DNA from: a virus
Taxonomy: Duplodnaviria; Caudoviricetes
Virus record (IMG/VR): IMGVR_UViG_3300047322_001193
Coordinates: 1,735-65,734 of that record
Direction: 5' to 3' (one strand)
DNA length: 64,000 nucleotides
In this document: positions 57,062 to 64,000 of the stretch, piece by piece
Layout of the letters: each line of letters opens with the position of its first letter
Numbering within the stretch: the first letter of the stretch is position 1
Made by a program: the position numbers and the translations under genes
The notes under the pieces: generated by a model
Databases searched by the model: none
Told to the model about the DNA's origin: nothing
Seen by the model: the letters and a program-made list of their open reading frames with translations, nothing else

Positions 57062-57676
57062 TCAGAGTTCCTCGTCTCCATCAACCGGTACGTGGATGAA
57101 CTTGCTCGGCTGAAGGTTCACGAACTCCAACTTGCTCTCGGCGATGGCACGGACGTCAGCGAACCGCTCCTCGATGCCATCCAACCAGGCCCGGCCCCAG
57201 TACGGTTCGGAGATGAGGGTCGACTCCGCACGCCGCTTCTCGCCCGCCAGGATGTAGGAGATCTCCCCCCAGGCCTTCTTCTTCTGCAGGTCGGCGATGG
57301 ACTCGGTGAGGTGGTCGAGGTGGTTGAGGATCGCTGCAGCGGCCATCCTTCGCCTCACAACGGCGTTTGCAGCGTCGATGTTGGCCTCGACGGATGGGAC
57401 GGCCTTCTCGATCCGCGAGAGCTGTAGGCAGGCCAGGAAGAAGCCATACCGCATCAGGTCGCCTGTAGTGCGGAATGGGAACTTCTTGCTGCCACAGATA
57501 TCGGTGCCCCAGGCGAGAAGCTGGCCGGGTGCTCGAAACTGGCAGCGAGCGGAGTCGCCATTCTCGTCAACGGACGGGATGACGAATTCATCGGATGAAT
57601 GCTGGAATCCGGGTTCTGGGTCAGGCTGATCGATCTCAGGCATCGTGAAATAGCGACGACGACGGGTCTCGGCCAT
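57062..57676 (-). CDS. Hypothetical protein with RHH-like segment
   Basis: GGAGG RBS; RCQFRAP..L......FRTTGDLMRYG. Confidence 0.7.
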   Translation of the reverse strand: MAETRRRRYFTMPEIDQPDPEPGFQHSSDEFVIPSVDENGDSARCQFRAPGQLLAWGTDICGSKKFPFRTTGDLMRYGFFLACLQLSRIEKAVPSVEANIDAANAVVRRRMAAAAILNHLDHLTESIADLQKKKAWGEISYILAGEKRRAESTLISEPYWGRAWLDGIEERFADVRAIAESKLEFVNLQPSKFIHVPVDGDEEL

Positions 57677-57843
57677 AAAGCTGCCTCCGTACGTTGGCGA
57701 ACATTGAATTGTTGGATTAGGGAAGTCGGGTCGGGATGTTCAAGCGCCGTCTGATTGGGGCGGTGTCGTCTGAGCAAACCGGCGAGACGGGAAGCAGACT
57801 ACACCCGCACCACACTGTAGTACAGCCACAAAATCTAGTGTTG

Positions 57844-58695
57844 TCAGTAGGGATCTTCCGCAATTTCGGAGAAGCGCTCTTCCCACTGCTCGAACATGCG
57901 ATCAGAGCTGATATCGGATTGCTGCCAGTTGGTGGGGACGGAGCCGACTTCGACCCGAGAATGGCTGTCCGTCTCGATCTGCGAGTTCCAGTCGTGGGCC
58001 GCCCACACTGCCATGAGAAGTGCGCGCATGCGGTCGTCGTGAGCGCCATACGCGGCTTTGGCGGCCATCTTGATAGGATCCTGCACGCAATCGGTCATCT
58101 CCTCCACAAAGTAGTCGCTGCGGATGATGATGCCGCCACGATTGATGTGTCGTGAGCCGCGGATCCAGAGATCGCGCACGGATTTGGGTGATGCGGTCCA
58201 ACCCAGCACGTTGGTCGGTTTGGTGGTCATGGAATCGAGGTATTTCCAGACGAAATGGTTGGTGTAGCCGTGCGCGTTGATCATCTTCCGTAATGTGAGG
58301 AGTCCCGGTCCGGGATAGACCTCGATGATGCAGAGACACTGCTCGTCATCACTCTGACCGCTGTAGAGGCGACCCAGCACGTTTGCGACGTCTGCCAGGT
58401 CCTCAGGGTCGATGGGAGCCGCGTATTCGCACACCTGGACGTCAGGTTTGCCCATTCGACCGACTTTGATGATCTCGATAGCGCCATTATCGGTCTTGGT
58501 GTCGTCTTCGGTTCTGAGCGTGCGATCCCAGTTGGTGATGCCGACAGTCGGGTCGATTCCCATCACATAGGTTGCTCGCGGGTTGGGTTCTTCAAACATC
58601 CAGCAGATTCCACGCGGATCCTGGTCGAGCATGGTGCTGGGCAGCAGCTCGAGATGGTTGGTGCCCTGGATTGTGTAGCCGGTGGGTCGGCTCAT
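57844..58695 (-). CDS. Terminase large subunit, nuclease (RNase H-like) domain as a separate gene
   Basis: YVMGIDPTVG, DNGAIEI, IIEVY, HDDRMRA. Confidence 0.85.
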   Translation of the reverse strand: MSRPTGYTIQGTNHLELLPSTMLDQDPRGICWMFEEPNPRATYVMGIDPTVGITNWDRTLRTEDDTKTDNGAIEIIKVGRMGKPDVQVCEYAAPIDPEDLADVANVLGRLYSGQSDDEQCLCIIEVYPGPGLLTLRKMINAHGYTNHFVWKYLDSMTTKPTNVLGWTASPKSVRDLWIRGSRHINRGGIIIRSDYFVEEMTDCVQDPIKMAAKAAYGAHDDRMRALLMAVWAAHDWNSQIETDSHSRVEVGSVPTNWQQSDISSDRMFEQWEERFSEIAEDPY

Positions 58696-58913
58696 CGTTC
58701 GCTCCACCATCCCAGGCGCACCGACTTCGAGAAGCAGGTGAGCCAGAGACCGGTAAAGAGCTTGGTCTCACCTTGCTGGTAAGCTCTCCGGTAGAAACCA
58801 ATGGACATCAGAACGAAATGGCGAGCATCGATCAAAGGAACGCGCAGCCAGCTCGACCACATACCATCCCGATAAGACCAGGCGATCCATCCCACATCCG
58901 GTGAGTACTTCAT
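58692..58913 (-). CDS. 73-aa Trp-rich ORF inserted between the terminase halves
   Basis: GGGAG RBS; ATGA overlaps at both ends. Confidence 0.6.
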   Translation of the reverse strand: MKYSPDVGWIAWSYRDGMWSSWLRVPLIDARHFVLMSIGFYRRAYQQGETKLFTGLWLTCFSKSVRLGWWSER

Positions 58914-60139
58914 AAACTCCCAACTCTCACGTCGTAAGGCTTGCCACGCGTACATTCCAGCCGCAGGCGCTCGATAACTTCCGGACTGAATGCAGCAACA
59001 GTGGTGTGCTGGAAACTCTCCTCGGGAGTGGCGGCATAGTTGGTCAGGAAGAGGTTCAGCTTGCCCGCATCGAAGTATTCACGGCGGGTGGTCTCATACC
59101 AGTACAGCGTGTCTCTGCCGAGCAGCGCGTCGTAACCCACGAACTCGCGTGACGTCTCGTACACTTTCTTAGCGTGCATCAGAGTGAGATCGGATGGCGT
59201 CCAGGCGGGAGGTGGAGTACGGCGATATTTCTTCTTCTCCGCATAATACGGTACGAAGCAGTAAACCCAGCGCGCTGTACGACCCGCCCGCACACGCTCT
59301 GTGAATTCATGCCAGTAATTGCGCCGACCCTGGGCTGTCGATTCCAGGATGCAGAGGGTGTACGGGTTCTGGGGTAGTGTCGGGAAGAAGTCGTGTTCCA
59401 GCATGTCGGGATAGCTTAGTGATGCGACTTCAGTGATGTGCGAGACGTCGAACTGGCGGCCCTGACCGAGACCGGATTGTTGGTTGCCTTGCTGGTACAG
59501 AATTCGCGAGTTCAGCGCTTCAAGATAGATGTGCTCACCCTTGACATTGAAGCCCGGAGAATCAGGCCAGCCGCGGGGACTCAGATACCATGGCAGGTTG
59601 TCAAGGATTAATTTGTCGCGGTCGTAGAGCTCTTGAACCTTGTCGTCATCCACTGACGCTGCCATGCCTCTTGTGTGAGGGTGCAGAGTCAATCGATGCA
59701 TGCACGCCACTCGGGAGTACATGGTGTGACCGACCTGGCGATCCTTGTGGTCGACGATCAGAATTCCATCAGCAGTCGCTCCAATCTTGAGCGCATCGAC
59801 ACCCAATTCCTCAGCGCGGGCAATCTTGTCGTGCAGGATCTGTTGCGTCTCCCATAACTTCAATTTGCCGATGCCGCCACCCTCGACACCGTCGCGCTGG
59901 ATTGTCGCGTACCGTTCAGCCCAGTATAAGAAGTCGATGGGGCAGAGTAGACGCTCGTTGCGAATAAACGCGCTCTCCTCCTTGCTGAGCGGGCGTTTCA
60001 GCTGGCCATCCGCCTTTCTCAGTGATTGGAGGTGGTCGGCGATATCGAGCACGTTAGGGACGTCGTAACGGATGAGCTTGAAGCCGAATTCACGCTCCAG
60101 GCGCTCCACATTCTCCTGTACGACGCGTTGGGAATACAA
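58910..60139 (-). CDS. Terminase large subunit, ATPase domain
   Basis: KDRQVGHT Walker A, SHITEVA Walker B, LESTAQG coupling motif, YAATPEESF. Confidence 0.88.
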   Translation of the reverse strand: MYSQRVVQENVERLEREFGFKLIRYDVPNVLDIADHLQSLRKADGQLKRPLSKEESAFIRNERLLCPIDFLYWAERYATIQRDGVEGGGIGKLKLWETQQILHDKIARAEELGVDALKIGATADGILIVDHKDRQVGHTMYSRVACMHRLTLHPHTRGMAASVDDDKVQELYDRDKLILDNLPWYLSPRGWPDSPGFNVKGEHIYLEALNSRILYQQGNQQSGLGQGRQFDVSHITEVASLSYPDMLEHDFFPTLPQNPYTLCILESTAQGRRNYWHEFTERVRAGRTARWVYCFVPYYAEKKKYRRTPPPAWTPSDLTLMHAKKVYETSREFVGYDALLGRDTLYWYETTRREYFDAGKLNLFLTNYAATPEESFQHTTVAAFSPEVIERLRLECTRGKPYDVRVGSL

Positions 60140-60144
60140 AGTAG

Positions 60145-60387
60145 CTACTCCTCAGCCTGTTTACCGACTTTGCCGATCTGTTCAGCCAATTCGGTGAAGT
60201 AGTCGCGCTCCTCATCCGTGTAGAGCGTCACCGGGTCGGCACCGCTGGTGTCGGCTACTGGAGGTCGGATGTGGATGCCGGTATAGGCCAATTCGAGCTC
60301 TTTGATGTCGTTCATGCGCTGTAATTCGAGCCGAATGGCCCGCAATTCACGAATAACCGGCTTCAAACGCATCAAATTGACGTTCAT
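60145..60387 (-). CDS. Hypothetical protein
   Basis: Coupled ORF in terminase operon. Confidence 0.7.
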   Translation of the reverse strand: MNVNLMRLKPVIRELRAIRLELQRMNDIKELELAYTGIHIRPPVADTSGADPVTLYTDEERDYFTELAEQIGKVGKQAEE

Positions 60388-60656
60388 TCGACCAGCCCCT
60401 GCTTCTTCATGTAGTACTGCTTCCAGAAGGGCGACAGGGTGCGGTCGACGAGGTCGCGTTCATCGGACCAGGCGAGCTGGAACGCTATCGTGTTGGTTCG
60501 GGCGAGCCAGTCCATCTCGGCTGCGGTTGCCAGCTTGATTTCGGTCTTCGGGATGAAGATCTTGCGCTCACCGGGCACCCAGAGCAGCTTCTCGGGGTCC
60601 AATACCGCGGTCGTCGTGACTCCCGCCATCAGATTCAAGAATTGTCGTCTGTTCAC
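60384..60656 (-). CDS. Protein with Tat-like N-terminus
   Basis: MNRRQFL...LDPEKLLWVPGERKIFIP. Confidence 0.7.
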   Translation of the reverse strand: MNRRQFLNLMAGVTTTAVLDPEKLLWVPGERKIFIPKTEIKLATAAEMDWLARTNTIAFQLAWSDERDLVDRTLSPFWKQYYMKKQGLVE

Positions 60657-60889
60657 TTGTCCACCACCTTAATTTGCTCGACGTCATCAATCGTCATCGC
60701 GTACTCATCGCTCAGGATCTTGAGAAATGGCCCTAGCAGGCTGGGATCGCTGAAATGCACGCGTAATGGGCATCGCCAGGCGCATGCTTTGGCTAATTTC
60801 GCCAGATCGTCGTCGTATTCATCGAGTCGGAAGTCGTAAAAGTTCAACTTGCGCTCAGGTCTGGGACCCAACCACACGCGCCAGCTCAT
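60653..60889 (-). CDS. Hypothetical protein
   Basis: Overlap coupling. Confidence 0.65.
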   Translation of the reverse strand: MSWRVWLGPRPERKLNFYDFRLDEYDDDLAKLAKACAWRCPLRVHFSDPSLLGPFLKILSDEYAMTIDDVEQIKVVDK

Positions 60890-61512
60890 TCGCCGCCGGT
60901 GCCGAGCTTGAGGACCTTCTGCGAGGTCATCAGGAGCTCTTCGAGAGCGGAATCCATGCCGAAATTGTTGTTCTGGACCGCAAACATCGGTACTTTCTTG
61001 CCAATTAACCCCGCTGCTTCACTCACGATCTCGCGGGCGACCTTATCGCCCACGTGGCGCACTAATCCGGTCTCGTTACATACCGGACACGCTCGGATAA
61101 TGGGCTTCTTGCCATCATCGCCACCCTCACTGACGCGTTTCAGGCCGTCACAGCGCGGGCAACAGACCATACTGGAGCGCGCATCTTCCACCATATCCGC
61201 CATCATGTCCGGCACCTTCGACATCATCCGCATCATCCCGACGTGGAGCTGGTGATTGCGCCAGATATCGTCCACTTCACTCAAACTGACGTTGAACTTC
61301 TTGCAGAGTGAGGCGAAAGAGCTGGTGCGGTAGGCCGGATCCAACCTTGCTGCCAGGAGCATCTCGATCTTCGGCTCAGAACACACTTCAAGAGCCGCCT
61401 GGAACTCGGTCTCGGGCACGTTCTCGATGAAACGGCGCATCGCTTTGTCAGCGCGGGGGCGGACGGGCAGCTTGCGACCCGCATTATCACGACCTTTACC
61501 GGCTCTCGGCAC
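60886..61512 (-). CDS. Terminase small subunit candidate with DnaJ-type zinc finger
   Basis: GGAGG RBS; HTH-like N-terminus, CPRCDG...CPVCNETG; upstream of TerL. Confidence 0.55.
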   Translation of the reverse strand: MPRAGKGRDNAGRKLPVRPRADKAMRRFIENVPETEFQAALEVCSEPKIEMLLAARLDPAYRTSSFASLCKKFNVSLSEVDDIWRNHQLHVGMMRMMSKVPDMMADMVEDARSSMVCCPRCDGLKRVSEGGDDGKKPIIRACPVCNETGLVRHVGDKVAREIVSEAAGLIGKKVPMFAVQNNNFGMDSALEELLMTSQKVLKLGTGGE

Positions 61513-61580
61513 CGGATCCTCCCCCGGACGTAACTCGCCTTCGGCGACTTCCGTCCTCCCTCCTCATATTCCTGGTCATT

Positions 61581-61913
61581 TCAGCGTCTTTCGAGGCGCG
61601 GGAGACCGGCATCCTCATCCTCTATATATATGCGACGCTCACGGGCAGGTGGTTGCCAGCCTTTGACCACGATCCAGGCCGGTTCCGGCTTGTCCGATGC
61701 ATAAGGTTTGGTGAGTTGACCGGCAAAGTGGGCAGCGTGCGGGTTGTAGATCTCATCCGCCAGCACTACCAAGCGTGTTAGGACGTCGGTGTAGTACGCC
61801 CAGCCACCCCTCCCGCCCGTAATGAGGACACAGCGGAGAGTGTGGGGGGTCGGTTCGGGCTCTTCGCGCTCGACGCCGAGGGTGTAGTTGTCGGAAATGG
61901 TGTGGTCGGACAT
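61581..61913 (-). CDS. Hypothetical protein
   Basis: ORF from MSDHTIS. Confidence 0.55.
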   Translation of the reverse strand: MSDHTISDNYTLGVEREEPEPTPHTLRCVLITGGRGGWAYYTDVLTRLVVLADEIYNPHAAHFAGQLTKPYASDKPEPAWIVVKGWQPPARERRIYIEDEDAGLPRLERR

Positions 61914-62006
61914 GTGAGGGACGATACCACACCCAGCACCAGTGCGGGAAGTTGCGGTGACGTGATAGAATTCCGCCCACTTCAAGAGATTGGACGACGA
62001 CACCCA

Positions 62007-62417
62007 ATGATAACGATCACGTTCACGATGATGCAGTGGATCTCCGTCATCTTTCTGATGATTTCGCTCGGCAGCCAGCTGTTCGCGGCGTACTGCGCCC
62101 ACAAACGGGCAAAAGTGCTGAAAGTGTGGGACGCCGCACTGGATGAAAGGGAGAAGGCGATCTTCAATCTGGAGCCGGACCAGATGGCGGCGCGGGTCAC
62201 CAGCCTGGTGACGGTGCAGATCAGCGACGGGGCCGAGATGCTGGAGCGGGCGCTGGGCGATATCGATTACCTGCACGACCTCTTATATAAGGACACTCCG
62301 CATCCTGCGGACTGTCCTACATGTCATACGACGAGAAGTGAGCTGGAGAAGCTGATCGCGGCGCTGAAGTCGGCGAAGGTCGCGGTCGAGGGGCGCAGAG
62401 AAGGTCGTGGTGAGTAA
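62007..62417 (+). CDS. Membrane-anchored hypothetical protein
   Basis: N-terminal TM, coiled coil, CPTC. Confidence 0.6.
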   Translation: MITITFTMMQWISVIFLMISLGSQLFAAYCAHKRAKVLKVWDAALDEREKAIFNLEPDQMAARVTSLVTVQISDGAEMLERALGDIDYLHDLLYKDTPHPADCPTCHTTRSELEKLIAALKSAKVAVEGRREGRGE

Positions 62418-62665
62418 TGGCCTGGGAAACCTATGACGATAGCTGTCCGGGATGCCAGCCGGTACTCATTGATGTGCTGAGCGGCAAGAAGTTGCCCGAC
62501 GACGATCCTGCCGTGCTGGCGATGGCGAAGATCTGGGCCAGTACCACCCTACCCGAGCGCCAGGCATTCCATCGCGTCACCTGCCTGAACTCCAAGGCCA
62601 TAGCGGATCTCGCTGTAGTGCACAAGATGATGCTGGCGTTCGTCGCGGAAGGGCAGAAGCTGTGA
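62417..62665 (+). CDS. Hypothetical protein
   Basis: TAATG overlap; CPGC. Confidence 0.65.
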   Translation: MAWETYDDSCPGCQPVLIDVLSGKKLPDDDPAVLAMAKIWASTTLPERQAFHRVTCLNSKAIADLAVVHKMMLAFVAEGQKL

Positions 62666-62886
62666 GAATCGACCGCTACACTATCCGACGACTCATCGAT
62701 GGGCTGGAATACGCCATCCGCGCAGAGGAGCATGACCTCGCGACACACGACCTGGTGTTCACCGGGTTCGATCTCCGGCGACGGGTGGCCGGGTCGAAAC
62801 GGCGCATCTGGGTGTGGCGGTCACTGGTCAGAGATCTCGAACTCGTCCTGGAGCGCCGCAAGAAAGGACCGGTCATCGACATCTGA
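62662..62886 (+). CDS. Hypothetical protein
   Basis: GTGA overlap. Confidence 0.55.
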   Translation: MRIDRYTIRRLIDGLEYAIRAEEHDLATHDLVFTGFDLRRRVAGSKRRIWVWRSLVRDLELVLERRKKGPVIDI

Positions 62887-62939
62887 GCGCATCCTCCCCT
62901 GCTCTCGTCACGCTTCGCGTGCCGTTCGCTCCCCACCTT

Positions 62940-62975
62940 GACCGTCATGTGATCGACGACCGTCATGTGATCGAC
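62940..62975. repeat. Perfect 18-bp tandem duplication GACCGTCATGTGATCGAC
   Basis: Two adjacent exact copies. Confidence 0.85.
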
Positions 62976-63015
62976 CCGAGCAGCGTCAGCTGCGAGGGTT
63001 CCCCTTCTGCCGGTA

Positions 63016-63195
63016 TTACCTCAGTCGTGGGATCGGCAGGTCCACAATTCCGAACGCGGTCATGAGGTACAGGACCACGCAAATTCCGGCCACAATGAAG
63101 ATGATAGTCTTGAAGGGTGCTGGCATCGGGATGTAGGTCGTGATCAGCCACACTACCAGGCCCAATAATGCGAGAGTCAGGATCAGAGCAATCAT
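63016..63195 (-). CDS. Two-TM small membrane protein (Thivi_2564-like)
   Basis: LLGLVVWLITTYIPMPAPFKTIIFIV...LYL..FG; GAGGTGG RBS. Confidence 0.75.
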   Translation of the reverse strand: MIALILTLALLGLVVWLITTYIPMPAPFKTIIFIVAGICVVLYLMTAFGIVDLPIPRLR

Positions 63196-63548
63196 GGTTA
63201 CCACCTCAGTGACGAGCGTATCAGAATCGGTGTAACGGACACGTACAGTCCTATACAGTGATTAAGCTATCGTGCTGGGTTACGCCCTGGAAATTTATTT
63301 GTTGTGGCTGAGCGACCGAGCCACAGCCGGGTGGCCGGGGTGGGCGACCCCTTGGACAATGGCGGGCGGGTGGCGGTGGCAGGGGCGAACTACCCCGCCA
63401 GCGGCAGGCGGTGGTGGTGGTGGGGTAGTGAGCAGAGGAGTGGAGTTGGTAGCATGAGTGGTAGTGGGGAGCGGTGTCAGGCTGTAAGGTGTTGAGTTAA
63501 TGGGCTTGCCCTCCTGCTTGACAAGCATGTGGACAATAGGCCAGCGTG

Positions 63549-63836
63549 TCAGGTTATCGGCTCACCCTCGACGTTGATGGGGTGAGTGGATCGCCACAAC
63601 CTAGCGAGCTTACCAGCTGGAGGGAAGAACCAGTCACGCGGCGGCAGCTTCGTGCCAGGCGCGACCTCGTGTAACGCCACTCCGACCGCCCAGCGCCGAC
63701 CGCATTCAGCCGTAGTACACCGCTTGACCCACGGTCCTCTATGACTCATCTGATGGACAAGTAATGTGCCGCAGTGCAAGCAGTAGAACTCCACCACACC
63801 AATAAAGCGTGCGTATATAGGATGCGATTCACTCAT
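63549..63836 (-). CDS. Zinc-ribbon hypothetical protein
   Basis: CLHCG...CTTAEC; start uncertain. Confidence 0.55.
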   Translation of the reverse strand: MSESHPIYARFIGVVEFYCLHCGTLLVHQMSHRGPWVKRCTTAECGRRWAVGVALHEVAPGTKLPPRDWFFPPAGKLARLWRSTHPINVEGEPIT

Positions 63837-64000
63837 ACTCGGCTGCCACAATATCAGAGATTCTGATGCTGTGAGTAACTGTGTGTGTCCGTTATACCGG
63901 TTCAGCACCACCACACTCCACCCAGCAACAAGATTGGTGTTGTACGTTTACTGGCATGTGTGTATAAAGGTGATGGAGGTTTGATATGAACGACACAACG

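Larger units (their letters stand above)
1..64000. mobile_element. Tailed phage / prophage genome segment (podovirus-like, integrase-bearing)
   Basis: Portal, capsid, tailspikes, ejection proteins, terminase, PolA, integrase and excisionase; dense overlapping ORFs; no host core genes. Confidence 0.95.

Noticed and set aside
58692-58913. Group I intron or intein splitting TerL
   Set aside because: No recognisable intron core or intein motifs; RBS and ATGA coupling at both junctions favour separate genes, though splicing is not formally excluded
63515-63527. Palindrome TGCTTG-A-CAAGCA overlapping TTGACA
   Set aside because: Single copy with no well-spaced -10; too weak to call an operator or promoter

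Overview
The whole 64-kb window reads as one dsDNA tailed-phage (or prophage) genome segment of roughly 60% GC with no host housekeeping genes. The architecture is podovirus-like. From left to right: (i) 1-7.2 kb, small early and regulatory ORFs (zinc ribbons, RHH, XRE-HTH, winged helices). (ii) 7.4-38.1 kb, a + strand virion module: portal, an unusual ~6-kb block of small beta-rich proteins with a GT-A glycosyltransferase and a 9-repeat Pro-rich protein, scaffold, major capsid, adaptors, two beta-helix tailspikes, nozzle and ejection proteins. (iii) 38.1-40.5 kb, a probable att region with 20-bp repeats, a complete tRNA-Ala(GGC), an orphan integrase N-terminal domain, a tyrosine integrase whose first catalytic Arg appears replaced by Glu, and an excisionase. 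(iv) 40.5-48.7 kb, a - strand, translationally coupled cassette of 5 glycosyltransferases (one PLOD-type), 3 methyltransferase genes (4 domains) and a B12-dependent radical SAM enzyme. (v) 49-57.7 kb, a replication module (UDG-PolA fusion, ERCC4 nuclease, AAA ATPase, PD-(D/E)XK nuclease, SSB-like protein, DinG helicase preceded by a G-quadruplex motif). (vi) 57.8-61.5 kb, a terminase large subunit split into separate ATPase and nuclease genes by a small inserted ORF, plus a TerS candidate. No primase or endolysin was recognised. The strongest candidate new system is the methylated-glycan assembly line together with the head-module glycosyltransferase and repeat protein; next is the split terminase. 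All functional calls are from motifs and gene order read by eye; no database searches were run.
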